DNA of 64,000 nt from Candidatus Multivoradales bacterium (lineage in GTDB: Bacteria > Acidobacteriota > Thermoanaerobaculia > Multivoradales > JAHEKO01): assembly GCA_965223155.1 (NCBI GenBank), contig CBDCVR010000014.1, positions 416,001 through 480,000 on the forward strand, written 5' to 3'. Within the stretch, counting starts at the first letter, position 1, and the number at the start of each line of letters is the position of its first letter. Shown piece after piece: positions 28,197 through 38,532 of this stretch. Both the position numbers and the translations under genes were made by a program. The notes under the pieces were generated by a model that searched no databases, was not told the DNA's origin, and saw only the letters and a list, made by a program, of their open reading frames with translations.

Positions 28197-28706
28197 CTAG
28201 GGCCGAGGGGCCTCGGAGTCTTCCTCGTCCTCGACCACGTGGTGCTCGAGCACGTGGTTGCCGATCCACTGGGCCATCACGTGCCTGGGCAGCGGCGCCA
28301 GAGTCACCGGAAGGGTGAGGACCTCTCCGGCCCTGCGCACCGTCAACCGCACCTTGTTCCCGGGCACCAGGGACTTCTTGACCTCTTTGTACATGGCCTC
28401 GTCCCCGGTCTTGGTCGAGACGCCGTTGAACGCCAGGATGACGTCGCCAATGGCGAGTCCAGCCTCTTCGGCGGGGCTATTCGAAACGACTTGGGTGAGT
28501 ACCTGGTCTCCGGACTCGCTGTTCCACTCGATCCCGATCCATCCGCGTCCCGAGAGCTCGGTCTTGAGCTTGTGCACGCACTCCGAAAGATCCGCGGAGC
28601 AGCGCTTCGGCTCTTCAGCTTGTTTCGCGTCATCCTCGCCGAAGGCGGGGAGCCCCAGCGAACCAACGGTCAGGGTTAGGGCCAAGATCAAGGTCAGGTT
28701 TTTCAT
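28197..28706 (-). CDS. Secreted PDZ-domain protein
   Basis: Signal peptide, RGWIGI, V..NSPAEEAGL..GDVILAFNG. Confidence 0.85.
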   Translation of the reverse strand: MKNLTLILALTLTVGSLGLPAFGEDDAKQAEEPKRCSADLSECVHKLKTELSGRGWIGIEWNSESGDQVLTQVVSNSPAEEAGLAIGDVILAFNGVSTKTGDEAMYKEVKKSLVPGNKVRLTVRRAGEVLTLPVTLAPLPRHVMAQWIGNHVLEHHVVEDEEDSEAPRP

Positions 28707-28740
28707 GATGGAACTCCGTCGACTCGTCCTTCGAGTTGCA

Positions 28741-29040
28741 TTACAAGCACGCTCCGTACACGTCGTCGAACGGATCGCATGCCGCGGTGTGGGTCTGGAG
28801 GCCGAGACCCGGAAACGCTGGTCCAATGATGGTCAGCGGATCGTCTCCGGCGGGGCCCGTGCCCGGACCGGGGGCGCCACCCGAAGCACCCGTCCGGGGG
28901 CCTGACACGACTTCTTGATCTGCTGTGGTTGTCGTCAAATGGCTCTCCATCGCTCCTCCGGCTACCGCGCCATTCGGGGCTTGGCAGCCGATCAGGGCCA
29001 GGAGACCGATCGCGATCCATCCATACGAGAAACGGGTCAC
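28741..29040 (-). CDS. Putative small lipoprotein
   Basis: GTG start, lipobox LIGC, low-complexity linker, C-terminus CDPFDDVYGACL. Confidence 0.45.
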   Translation of the reverse strand: MTRFSYGWIAIGLLALIGCQAPNGAVAGGAMESHLTTTTADQEVVSGPRTGASGGAPGPGTGPAGDDPLTIIGPAFPGLGLQTHTAACDPFDDVYGACL

Positions 29041-29056
29041 ATGCGCCACCTGGCCC

Positions 29057-29890
29057 CTATTGTACGTCCTCGCCGGAGGTGGGGTTGCATGCGGCGGCAT
29101 GGACCAGCGTCGCCGCCACGATCCGGTCCATCTCATCGAGCAAGCGGTGGTCGCCGTCTTCGATGAGGTCGAGATGGGTACTTTCCGGCGTGGCCTCCGC
29201 GAAGCGTACGACCTCGCGCCAGGAAACCCGGTCGTCGCGACGTCCCTGGAAGACCTGGGTTGGACCGGAATGCAACGCCACCAGCCTGTCTGTCGGATAC
29301 CGCTCGAGATCGGCGACGAACTCCCAGCCCAGGTCGAAACTGCCGAGCTCGTTGGTCACCGTCAGCGAGCCCCGTTCCCGCCAGGAATCCAATCCCTCCG
29401 CACCCAGTTGCTCGGCCATGACTCGTTCGATACCCAGGGCCGGCGCGATCACGGTCAAGCCGGTGACCGGCAGGCTCGACGTGGCCGCATGCCAGAGGGC
29501 GACCAGGCCGCCGAACGAGGACCCGATAACGTAGACCGGCGTCCGCAACTCGTCAATCCCGGCGCGTGCCCGCTCCACGTCTCGCAGGCTACGCGACAGC
29601 GACAGACCGAGGACGTCGCCTCCGGAGCGTCCGTGCCCCTGAAAATCCAGGGCCACAAAGGAAAGACCGGCGTCCCGAGCGCGCCCGCGGAAGCGGTCCG
29701 CCTTCTCGCCGTCCTGACTCGAACCGAAACCGTGGAGGTAGAGCACGGCCCCGGCCGAGGTCGCCCCGGCCGCCGGCACGGCGACCGAAACCTCGAGCGC
29801 CGCATCGTCCGGCCCCGGGGGACGGCGCTTGGCCGGTATCCGAGACCGTCGCATCGCGGCAGGATAGACCAGCGACACGGAACCGTCCAC
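29057..29890 (-). CDS. Alpha/beta hydrolase (YqiA-like esterase)
   Basis: LYLHGFGS, GSSFGG, G..DD.V, DGDHRL; start uncertain. Confidence 0.85.
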   Translation of the reverse strand: MDGSVSLVYPAAMRRSRIPAKRRPPGPDDAALEVSVAVPAAGATSAGAVLYLHGFGSSQDGEKADRFRGRARDAGLSFVALDFQGHGRSGGDVLGLSLSRSLRDVERARAGIDELRTPVYVIGSSFGGLVALWHAATSSLPVTGLTVIAPALGIERVMAEQLGAEGLDSWRERGSLTVTNELGSFDLGWEFVADLERYPTDRLVALHSGPTQVFQGRRDDRVSWREVVRFAEATPESTHLDLIEDGDHRLLDEMDRIVAATLVHAAACNPTSGEDVQ

Positions 29891-29979
29891 GCACGAGACT
29901 CAGGTCCCGTGACCCACCAAGCGCCGAGGCCCGGACGAGCACCCTGGACGGAACCGAGCGGTGTGGCAGGATTCCGGAG

Positions 29980-30921
29980 ATGCGCGATCGCCTCGAAGCC
30001 CGAATCCCAGCCCGGGTGACCTTTGCCGCCGGCGTGGCGCTCGCTCTAGGCGGCTGCGTGTCACTGGCGCCGGTGGCCGAGATCGCGCCGAAGAACGCCA
30101 CGTTCTTCGAGTTTCGTGGCCAGAGGATCCACTACGTCGAACGGGGAACCGGTCCGCTCGTCATCCTGGTCCACGGTTTCGGCGGGTCGACCGACAGCTG
30201 GCGGCACGTGATGCCGGCACTCGCGGCCGGCCATAGAGTCGTCGCGGTGGACCTCTTCGGCTTCGGCCTGAGCCCGAGACCTCGAGAGCGGCACTGGTAC
30301 TCCAGGACCTCCCAGACCGAGCTTCTGGCCGCAACGATCACCGCCCTCGGCGAGGACTCGGCCCACTTCGTGGGACACTCCTACGGCGGCGGGCTGGTCC
30401 AGACACTGGCCTGGTGGAAACCCGAGGCCGTGCGCTCGTTCATGCTCGTCAACAGCACTGCCGCCTACTACTCCGACGCGCGGCGCCATCCGCTCGCCCG
30501 TCCCCCGTTCTCACTCCTCTACGTTCGCGGCTTCCTCAGGCCCTGGCTGGTGCGCCGTTCGCTAGCGCGCTCGTTTTTCGATGATTCCAGGATCACGCCG
30601 GCCCTGGTCGAGCGCTACTTGGAGCGCCTGCGCATCCGGGGCGCGGCACGCGCCTATGCGGGTCTTACCGCTCCCTCCCCGCCCGACCCGCGCTTTGCCG
30701 GGTTCAAGCTCGAAGCCCTGAGCCAGCCGGCGTTGGTGATTTGGGGAGACGAGGACGACCTGATCTCCGCCGACCACGGCAAGAAAGCGGCCGACCGGCT
30801 ACTCAACGGGCGCTTCGTGACCCTTCCGGATTGCGGCCATATCCCGATGGAAGAAAAGCCGAGCGAACTCGTCCGAGTCATGACACAATTCCTTGCCGGC
30901 CGCGCCCGCCCCGCCCTCTAG
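29980..30921 (+). CDS. Alpha/beta hydrolase, probable lipoprotein
   Basis: Lipobox LGGC, LVHGFGGS, GHSYGG, WGDED, CGH.P.EE.P. Confidence 0.88.
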   Translation: MRDRLEARIPARVTFAAGVALALGGCVSLAPVAEIAPKNATFFEFRGQRIHYVERGTGPLVILVHGFGGSTDSWRHVMPALAAGHRVVAVDLFGFGLSPRPRERHWYSRTSQTELLAATITALGEDSAHFVGHSYGGGLVQTLAWWKPEAVRSFMLVNSTAAYYSDARRHPLARPPFSLLYVRGFLRPWLVRRSLARSFFDDSRITPALVERYLERLRIRGAARAYAGLTAPSPPDPRFAGFKLEALSQPALVIWGDEDDLISADHGKKAADRLLNGRFVTLPDCGHIPMEEKPSELVRVMTQFLAGRARPAL

Positions 30922-30941
30922 TCCGTTCCCAAGCAAGCACC

Positions 30942-32165
30942 ATGTCCCAGATGTTTACCGGCGGAATTCCGCACGCCAGCTCGAATGCCGTCGAGCTCGA
31001 GTTCGCGGACCTCGGCCTCGACGACGCGCTTCTGGCCGTCCTCGAGGACATCAACTTCTTCCATCCGACGCCGATTCAGGCGGAGGCCATCCCGCTGGCG
31101 CTCGAAGGCCGGGATCTTTTCGGCCTGGCCGAAACCGGCTCGGGCAAGACCGCGGCGTTCTGCCTGCCGATGCTCCAGAGGCTCGCCGGAGGCGAGCCCA
31201 GCACTGGCTTGATCCTCTGCCCGACACGGGAGATCGCGCTTCAGACCAAGTCGTTTCTCGAGGCGGTCTCGCCGGCGATGAGCCTCAAGTCGGCGTGCCT
31301 CATCGGCGGCGTGCCGATGGACCCTCAGATCCAAAGTCTCAAAGCCGGAGCGCACATCATCGTGGCAACGCCCGGGCGTCTCCTGGATCACGTCGGCCGA
31401 CGCACGCTGTCCTTGAACAAGGTCCGCGAGGTCGTCCTGGACGAGGGCGACCACATGCTGGATCTCGGCTTCCTGCCGCAGATCCTGCGCGTCCTCGAGC
31501 TGGTGCCCGAGGACCGTCACACGATGATGTTCTCAGCCACCATGCCGTCCCCGATCGAGCGCATCGCCAAGCGCTTCATGCGCGAGACCGTGCGCGTCGA
31601 TCACCGGCCGTCGGGCCGCACCGCCCAGGGCATCGAGCACCGCCTGTACCTGGTGCAGCCCGAGGACATGCGCGCCTGTCTGGTGTCGCTCGTAGAGGAC
31701 CATCCGGGCAGCACGGTGGTCTTCCTTCGTCGGAAGATCGACGCGGAATGGGCGTATCGCCAGCTCGCCGCCGAAGACCAGAAGGTCGCTCGCATGCACT
31801 CGGACCGGAGTCAGCGGCAGCGTGTGGCCGCTCTCGACGGCCTGCGTAGCGGCAAGTACCGGATTCTCCTGGCCACCAACATCGCCGCGCGCGGCATCGA
31901 CATCCCGGCGATCGAGCACATCATCAACTACGGCACGCCGGACAACGTCGAAGAGTACGTTCACCGGGCCGGCCGGACCGCCCGCGGCGAGGCCAGCGGC
32001 ACCGCATCCACCATCGCGACATGGAAGGACAAGCAGGAGATCGCGATGATCGAAAGGGCCATCGCCAAGACGCTCAAGCGCTGCGCCGCGCCGGGGGTCG
32101 AGCCCTACCGCGAGCGCAAGACCACCAGTCGCGGGCGCAAGATCCGGCGCCGGCGCCTCCTCTGA
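30942..32165 (+). CDS. DEAD/DEAH-box RNA helicase (DEGD variant)
   Basis: PTPIQ, AETGSGKT, PTRE, TPGR, DEGD, SAT, ARGID, HRAGRTAR. Confidence 0.93.
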   Translation: MSQMFTGGIPHASSNAVELEFADLGLDDALLAVLEDINFFHPTPIQAEAIPLALEGRDLFGLAETGSGKTAAFCLPMLQRLAGGEPSTGLILCPTREIALQTKSFLEAVSPAMSLKSACLIGGVPMDPQIQSLKAGAHIIVATPGRLLDHVGRRTLSLNKVREVVLDEGDHMLDLGFLPQILRVLELVPEDRHTMMFSATMPSPIERIAKRFMRETVRVDHRPSGRTAQGIEHRLYLVQPEDMRACLVSLVEDHPGSTVVFLRRKIDAEWAYRQLAAEDQKVARMHSDRSQRQRVAALDGLRSGKYRILLATNIAARGIDIPAIEHIINYGTPDNVEEYVHRAGRTARGEASGTASTIATWKDKQEIAMIERAIAKTLKRCAAPGVEPYRERKTTSRGRKIRRRRLL

Positions 32166-32277
32166 TCCCGCCGCCCAATCCGACGCGACCTCTCGGTCGC
32201 CTGGCTCCGCTGCTCTGCTGTTTCTGACAGCCCGATCCATTCGATCTTCACCCGCCGGCGCCAAGCTATACTCGCCG

Positions 32278-32363
32278 GGTCGCGCGGGGCGCGTCGAGAC
32301 GCATCGACGCTGAGAGGTACCCGTCGAACCTGATCCGGCTCGTACCGGCGGAGGGACCGCGAC
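32278..32363 (+). ncRNA. TPP riboswitch
   Basis: GGGG...GCTGAGA..TACCCG..GAACCTGATCCGG.TC.TACCGGCGGAGGGA, closed by GTCGCG/CGCGAC. TATACT -10 at 32267. Lies upstream of thiC. Confidence 0.93.
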
Positions 32364-32395
32364 ACCGCCGGCGAGCGCAAAGCGTGGAGACCGGC

Positions 32396-34213
32396 ATGAC
32401 CCGACAAGAGAACCAGCCCGAGGAGCTCAACTCCTCCCTGCCCCTCCACGGGGCGGCCAATCCGTCGACGCACCAGGCAGGGACCTCCCCGGCATCGTTC
32501 GCCCGCGCGGCCGACATCGGCGGCCCCTTGGCGTTCGCCTCGCCCGACACTCCGGGCATGCCACCGCCGTCCGAGGCGACAGCTTGGGACTTCCTGCCCA
32601 CCGGCTGGACGATCGAGCCCGCCGGCGACGGCTGCCAGGGGCACAACCGCGGAGGCGGTGCCATCCGGGCCGTACCGCCCGCCGGATTCGTACCGGTTAC
32701 TCAGCTCGAGCACGCTCGTCTGGGAACCGTGACCCCGGAGATGCGCCGGGTCGCGGAGCACGAGCCCCACCTGACCGCCGAACAGGTGCGCGACGAGATC
32801 GCCGCCGGCCGCATGGTCCTTCCGGCCAACAAGCAGCACCTGGGCTTTCATCTCGACCCGATGGCCATCGGGCGCGCCAGCCGCACCAAGATCAACGCCA
32901 ATATGGGCGCTTCGCCGGTCTCCTCAGGCACCGTCGAAGAGATCGAGAAGCTCCGCTGGGCCGAGCGCTGGGGCGCGGACACGGTCATGGACCTATCCAC
33001 CGGCGGCGATCTAGACGCATGCCGCGAGGCCATCGTCCGGCACGCCACGGTCCCGATCGGGACGGTACCGATCTATTCCATGATCGTCGGGCGCAAGCTA
33101 GAAGAGCTCAGCGCCGAGATCATCCTCGAGGTCCTCGAGCATCAGGCTCGCCAGGGCGTCGACTACTTCACGGTGCACGCCGGCGTCCTGCGCGACCACC
33201 TGCTGCTGGTACGGGACCGCCTCATCGGCATTGTTTCGCGCGGAGGCTCGCTACTGGCCAAGTGGATGCTCGTCCATGGCCGGGAGAATCCCATGTACGA
33301 GGCCTGGGACGAGATCTGCCAGGTCCTCCGCCGGCACGACGTGACGTTTTCTATCGGCGACGGGCTCCGGCCCGGCGGTCTGGCCGACGCCACCGACGCG
33401 GCCCAGCTCGCCGAGCTCTCGGTCCTGGGGGAACTCACCGAGCGCGCCTGGAGCCACGGCGTCCAGGTCATGATTGAGGGTCCGGGCCACGTGCCCTTCG
33501 ACCAGATCGAATACAACATGAAGCTCGAGCGGCGGCTCTGTCACGGGGCGCCGTTCTACGTTCTGGGACCGCTGGTCACCGACGTCTTCCCCGGCTACGA
33601 CCACATCACCTCGGCGATCGGTGCGACGGCCGCTGCCTATCACGGCGCCTCGATGCTCTGCTACGTCACCCCCAAGGAGCACCTGGGACTGCCCAAGAAG
33701 GACGACGTCAAGCAGGGCTGCGTCGCCTACAAGATCGCTGCCCACGCCGCCGACGTGGCCCTGGGGATCCCCGGCTCCCGGGACTGGGACGACGAGCTCA
33801 CCAAGGCGCGGGCGGCGCTCAATTGGGAGCGCCACTTCGAGCTGGCCTTCGACGCCGACACGGCCCGCGCCTTCCACGACGAGGACCTGGCAGTGGACAC
33901 CGACTTCTGCGCCATGTGCGGTCACGACTGGTGCAGCGTTCGGATCTCGAAGGAGATCCGCGAGTTCGCTTCCGGCAAGGACGCCGACTTCGCCTGGGAG
34001 GAAGCCCGCGAGAGTGCGCCGCTGACCGACGAGCAGCGTGAAATTCTGGAGAAGCGCGGTGTGCTTTCACCGGCGGAGATTCACGCCCTGGCCGCCAAGA
34101 CCGAGCGCACCATGGCGGCCGACGAAGGCAAGGCCGGCTGTCACAGCGATCTCACCGACGCCCCGGCCGCGCGGGCGATGCAGGACGAACGCCTGGTCCA
34201 CATCGGCGGCTGA
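32396..34213 (+). CDS. thiC: Phosphomethylpyrimidine synthase
   Basis: [61 protein letters not shown]. Confidence 0.97.
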   Translation: MTRQENQPEELNSSLPLHGAANPSTHQAGTSPASFARAADIGGPLAFASPDTPGMPPPSEATAWDFLPTGWTIEPAGDGCQGHNRGGGAIRAVPPAGFVPVTQLEHARLGTVTPEMRRVAEHEPHLTAEQVRDEIAAGRMVLPANKQHLGFHLDPMAIGRASRTKINANMGASPVSSGTVEEIEKLRWAERWGADTVMDLSTGGDLDACREAIVRHATVPIGTVPIYSMIVGRKLEELSAEIILEVLEHQARQGVDYFTVHAGVLRDHLLLVRDRLIGIVSRGGSLLAKWMLVHGRENPMYEAWDEICQVLRRHDVTFSIGDGLRPGGLADATDAAQLAELSVLGELTERAWSHGVQVMIEGPGHVPFDQIEYNMKLERRLCHGAPFYVLGPLVTDVFPGYDHITSAIGATAAAYHGASMLCYVTPKEHLGLPKKDDVKQGCVAYKIAAHAADVALGIPGSRDWDDELTKARAALNWERHFELAFDADTARAFHDEDLAVDTDFCAMCGHDWCSVRISKEIREFASGKDADFAWEEARESAPLTDEQREILEKRGVLSPAEIHALAAKTERTMAADEGKAGCHSDLTDAPAARAMQDERLVHIGG

Positions 34214-34223
34214 CCGTTGGGAC

Positions 34224-34260
34224 AAAAAAAAGACGCGCCGCCGGAGCCCGGCGGCGCGTC
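34224..34260 (-). terminator. Rho-independent terminator of the TonB-receptor gene, between convergent genes
   Basis: 13-bp perfect stem GACGCGCCGCCGG, 3-nt loop, U8 tail on the minus strand. Confidence 0.88.
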
Positions 34261-34299
34261 GAAATCCGTCCGTCACGCGGGTGGCGACGGCGGCCCCTC

Positions 34300-37200
34300 C
34301 TACCAGAGAAAGCGGGCGCCGATCTGGAACTTGCGCGGCTCGCCGGCGCCGCTGCGCACCGTGCCGTCGAAGTTGAAGATCAGCGAGGTGGTCTCCGGAA
34401 CTAGGAAGTTCTCCTCGTCCAGAAGGTTGAACACCTCGAAGATCGGCTGCACGGTCGTGTTCCCAATCTCGAAGTCCTTGGACACACGCACGTCGATGGT
34501 CGAGAACTCGTTGTCCTTCTCACCCTGGTTGCGAGTGAAGACATCGCCGTTGAGGGTGCAACCGCCAACGCAGCGACTGCTGGGCGGGAAACCCGCGACC
34601 GACGAGCCATCCGGATTGATGTCGGCCGGCTGCGCGTCCAGGAAGGTCGCGCGCACGTTGACGTCGATCGGACCGGCCCACAGCAACCAGGCGTTGATGC
34701 GGTTGCGCTGATGGCGGTCGGAAAGACCGAACTCCGGACCCAGGTTGGTGACGTTGGCGTAGCGGATCGTAAAGGGATCCCGCTCGTTGTCGTCATCCGA
34801 CTTGTCCTCGGAATTCGTGTAGTAGGCCTGGAAGGCTAGCCTCTCGGTCATGCGCTTGTTGATGCCAACGGTCAGGCCCCAGTAGCGGCTACGAGCGGTG
34901 GACTCGACCGTGTTGAGCGCGCCGATGCCGTTGCCTCCCGGTAGGACGCCGCTCCAGGGACCCGGTCCGCCGGCGGTGGCAGTGGGACCCAGGAGGCCGT
35001 CATTGCGGTTGACCCAACGGGTGATGTGATCCGTCTTGGCGTAGTTGGCCTTGAGCAGGAGCGCGTACGAGGGTGCGATCTCCTTTTCCCAGGACAGAGC
35101 CGTGGACCAGGTGCGCGGCGTCTCGAAATCCTCGCTGAAGACGAAGACATCGGGATTGAAGGGATCGCCGATGGCGTCCGCCGGCAGCAGGTTGGGCCAG
35201 GCCGGCGGCGTCACGCCGAAGTCGTTGAAAAAGCTGGCGCGAAAGATGGTCTGACCAACCGAGCCGTTGGTGGACCGAGCCGAAGCCAGAGCCAAGGCCG
35301 GGATGCGGGCGTGGTAGATGCCCGAGTTAAAACGCACCACCTGGTTCGATGCGCCCTTCGGGGTCCAGGCCATGGCGAACCGCGGCTGGATTTGATTCTC
35401 GTCGTCCGGAATCGTCCCGTCCGAGGGAAAGGTCTGCGGTCCCGCCGGGGTATCGATCGTGCGGCCGATAAGCGGCGCGTAGAAGACCTCGCTCGGCGGC
35501 GTGATCGGTTCGGCGTTGTCCAGCATCTCCCAGCGCAGACCGTAGTCAACCGTCAGATTCGCGGTCGGCTTCCAGGTGTCCTGGATGAAAAGAGCGGTCT
35601 CGATCTGGTCGATATTCTGGGTGCCGGCCTCCTCGACGGTGCGCCCGCCGACTCCCGCCTGCTGCAGGAACAGCAGGAGCGGTCCGGAGAACGACTCGCC
35701 GTTGGGACAGGATCCGGTCGTGGTCGTGCCGCCGCCCGAGCAGCGGCCCCAGCCCGGACCGAAGTTGACGTAGTTCCGGAAACCGTCGAACGAATCGAAG
35801 ATGTACCGACCGTTGGCGAAGCCGATGAAGGTCTGCGACGAAACGACGTCGTTGTACTCGATGCCGGCCTTGATCGAATGGTTGCCCTTCAGGATCGAGA
35901 CGTTGTCGTTGAGCTGCACCCGCTCGTCGTCGTAGACCACCGGCAGGAAGAAGGGCATGCCGACCCGGTAGCCACCAACGAAATCGAAGGCGGTGTCCGG
36001 AAAGGGACGGTTTTGTCCTGGAATCTGCGGACCGTCGTACGGGCGCGGACGCCATTCCTTGGCGTACTGGGCGCGAAGCTCGTTGAGCAGCGTGTCCGAG
36101 ACCGTGCTGATGAACGAACCGGTGTAGCCATGAGCGTAGTCGGTTTCGATGCCATTGGCACTGACACCCCACGACGGCACGTCGAAGGTGCCGTTGACCT
36201 GCTCGGAGAAGTGATAGGCCCAGCGCAAGGTCAATAGGTTGTTGTCCGAGGCCTGATAGTCGAGCTTCGCCAGATACGCGTCGCCGTCGTCCGTGCGAAC
36301 GATGGGGGCGCTTTCGTTGGGTAGCCCGACACTATTCAGGAAGGCCACCACGTCCGGAGCGATGCGGCCCGGATCGGTCTGCTTGGTCTCATCCTTGTCC
36401 TGAACGTCGGCGGCCAGAAAGAAGAATGCCTTGTCGCTCCGCACGGGCCCGCCCAGGGTGAACCCGACCTGGGTCCGCTCGAAATCGAATTTGTCGGTGC
36501 CGCCCGAACGCAGTTGGGGATCGTCCGACAGGCTGTCGTCCTGAAAGAAAAAATGAGCGCTGCCCTTGAGGTCGTTGGTGCCGGACTTGGTCACCACGCT
36601 GACGAAGCCGCCCGAGGAACGGCCGAACTCGGCCGGCGCACCGTCAGGTACGACCAGAACCTCCTTGACGGCGTCCTGGTTGAAGGTAAAGGCAGGACGC
36701 TGGCCGCCGCGCTGCTCGCCGAAAAAGGGATTGTTGAAATCGGCGCCGTCGATCATCACGTTGTTGTTGATGCCCTTCTGTCCGTTGATCGAAAGCTCGT
36801 CGCCGTCGGGTCCCTGAACCACCGTCACACCCGGCGTCAGCTTTGAGAACTCTAGAAAGTTGCGGCCATTGTTGGGCAGGCCCTCAACCGCCATGTCGTC
36901 GATGCGGATCAAGCTGGAGCTGCGAGTAGTTTCGATCAGGGGTGCGTCAGCGGTGACCACGATCTCTTCCCTCGTCTCCGAGACCGCCATCGTGATGCTC
37001 AGATTGACCGTCTGCCCCAAAGCCAGGGTGACACCTTCCTGTACGACCGTACCTAGGCCTTCCAGCTCGACCGTCACCCGGTAGGGTCCCAGAGGCAGGA
37101 GCTGACCCCGAAACCGGCCATTGCCGTCGGTCACCGAGATCTTGGTGAAGTTGGTGTCGGTATTGAGGAGCGTCACGGTGGCGCCGGGCACGACGCCGCC

Positions 37201-37323
37201 GTCGGCATCCCGCACGGTGCCCTCGATGACACCCGTTGTAGCTTGCGATTGCGCCCAAGCAACGGGCGCGACCAGGGCGAGAGCGAACACAAAGACACTG
37301 ACGACGCGGACGAAACGCGGCAT
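34300..37323 (-). CDS. TonB-dependent receptor, Oar-like, with carboxypeptidase-regulatory N-domain
   Basis: Signal peptide, G.V.D..G..VPGATVT, LP.NGRNF, IDGAD, AEFGRSSGG...VVTKSGTN, C-terminal PR.FQIG.RF.W. The true start is ATG 37323, not 39204. Confidence 0.92.
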   Translation of the reverse strand: MPRFVRVVSVFVFALALVAPVAWAQSQATTGVIEGTVRDADGGVVPGATVTLLNTDTNFTKISVTDGNGRFRGQLLPLGPYRVTVELEGLGTVVQEGVTLALGQTVNLSITMAVSETREEIVVTADAPLIETTRSSSLIRIDDMAVEGLPNNGRNFLEFSKLTPGVTVVQGPDGDELSINGQKGINNNVMIDGADFNNPFFGEQRGGQRPAFTFNQDAVKEVLVVPDGAPAEFGRSSGGFVSVVTKSGTNDLKGSAHFFFQDDSLSDDPQLRSGGTDKFDFERTQVGFTLGGPVRSDKAFFFLAADVQDKDETKQTDPGRIAPDVVAFLNSVGLPNESAPIVRTDDGDAYLAKLDYQASDNNLLTLRWAYHFSEQVNGTFDVPSWGVSANGIETDYAHGYTGSFISTVSDTLLNELRAQYAKEWRPRPYDGPQIPGQNRPFPDTAFDFVGGYRVGMPFFLPVVYDDERVQLNDNVSILKGNHSIKAGIEYNDVVSSQTFIGFANGRYIFDSFDGFRNYVNFGPGWGRCSGGGTTTTGSCPNGESFSGPLLLFLQQAGVGGRTVEEAGTQNIDQIETALFIQDTWKPTANLTVDYGLRWEMLDNAEPITPPSEVFYAPLIGRTIDTPAGPQTFPSDGTIPDDENQIQPRFAMAWTPKGASNQVVRFNSGIYHARIPALALASARSTNGSVGQTIFRASFFNDFGVTPPAWPNLLPADAIGDPFNPDVFVFSEDFETPRTWSTALSWEKEIAPSYALLLKANYAKTDHITRWVNRNDGLLGPTATAGGPGPWSGVLPGGNGIGALNTVESTARSRYWGLTVGINKRMTERLAFQAYYTNSEDKSDDDNERDPFTIRYANVTNLGPEFGLSDRHQRNRINAWLLWAGPIDVNVRATFLDAQPADINPDGSSVAGFPPSSRCVGGCTLNGDVFTRNQGEKDNEFSTIDVRVSKDFEIGNTTVQPIFEVFNLLDEENFLVPETTSLIFNFDGTVRSGAGEPRKFQIGARFLW

Positions 37324-37551
37324 ACGGGGCACCTCCGACGGTCTAGTTGAGTGGATGGTTGGCTCCACGGTAAACAAACGTTGTGCCCGGCATCCTAGCG
37401 CTCCCCCCCTTGCGGTTGCAACCGGCCTCGAGGGCGCTTGCTCGCGGCGGACCGGTGCCCTTGCGTGCGCTATCCTTCCTCGCCCCGGCGCCGCGCCGGC
37501 GTCGTTCCGGCGTCGCGTTGGCGTCGTCCGAGCCTTGGCCGGAACAACTCG

Positions 37552-38433
37552 ATGAGCGTACGAATCGCAGTCCTGGCGGATGTCCACGGCAACCTGCCCG
37601 CTCTCGACGCGGTCGTCGCCGACATCGAGCGGGCCGCGCCCGATGAGGTGCTCGTGGGCGGCGACCTGGTCGGCCGCGGGCCTCAGGGAGGCGCGGTGAT
37701 CGAGCGCATCCGGGAACGCTCCTGGCCCTCCGTCCTGGGCAATCACGAGGAGTACCTGACCAGCTTCCGGCGGCGCGAAGTGCCCGACGAATGGCTGGAG
37801 AGCCAGGACTGGGACGCCTCGCGCTGGATGGCGAACGAGCTCAACGAGGCTCAGGCCGCCTACATCGCCGCGCTGCCCTTCTCGCTGCGGTCTCAGATCG
37901 CTACGGACACGCTCCTGGTCCACGGCAGCCCCGCCTCCAACCAGGACGGGCTGGGCCCGTGGAGTCGCGACCGCAAGCTCGACAAGGCTCTGTCTCTGGC
38001 CGAGACACGGCTTCTGCTCTGCGCCCATACCCATCGGTCGATGCTCCGGCGAACCAGTTCCGGGACCGTGGTCAACGTCGGCTCGGTGGGGCTGCCCTTC
38101 AACCGCGACCCGCGGGCTCAGTACGTTCTCCTGACCGGCACGCCAGGCCACTGGGAGATCGAGTTCCGGACCATCGAATACGAGCTCGACGCCACTTTGC
38201 GCGCCTACCGCGAGACCGGCTTCGACGCCACCGGCGGCGTGACTTCGAATCTGCTGCGTCTGGAGCTGATTCACGCGGCCCCGTTCCTGGTGCCGTTTCA
38301 GAAATGGGCCGAGATCCTGGACGCCGAGCACACCCCGGAGCGCGTCGAGGAATTCCTCACCTTCTACGATCCCCTGGAACCGATGCGAGACTTCTTCCTG
38401 CGCCTGGGATCGCTGCTGTCGGCGCGCCGCTGA
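37552..38433 (+). CDS. Metallophosphoesterase
   Basis: ADVHGNL, GGDLVGRGP, GNHE, HGSP, AHTH, NVGSVG. Confidence 0.9.
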   Translation: MSVRIAVLADVHGNLPALDAVVADIERAAPDEVLVGGDLVGRGPQGGAVIERIRERSWPSVLGNHEEYLTSFRRREVPDEWLESQDWDASRWMANELNEAQAAYIAALPFSLRSQIATDTLLVHGSPASNQDGLGPWSRDRKLDKALSLAETRLLLCAHTHRSMLRRTSSGTVVNVGSVGLPFNRDPRAQYVLLTGTPGHWEIEFRTIEYELDATLRAYRETGFDATGGVTSNLLRLELIHAAPFLVPFQKWAEILDAEHTPERVEEFLTFYDPLEPMRDFFLRLGSLLSARR

Positions 38434-38436
38434 GAC

Positions 38437-38476
38437 CCAAACCCGGCCAAACCCGGCCAAACCCGGTCGAACCCGG
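38437..38476. repeat. 10-bp tandem repeat (CCAAACCCGG)x3 plus one degenerate copy
   Basis: Seen directly, just upstream of a TAGACT -10. Confidence 0.8.
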
Positions 38477-38532
38477 CTGGTAGACTGGCCGGTGTCGGCG
38501 GGCCGGGCGGGCCCCGGCGGCGGTCTTCTGCG

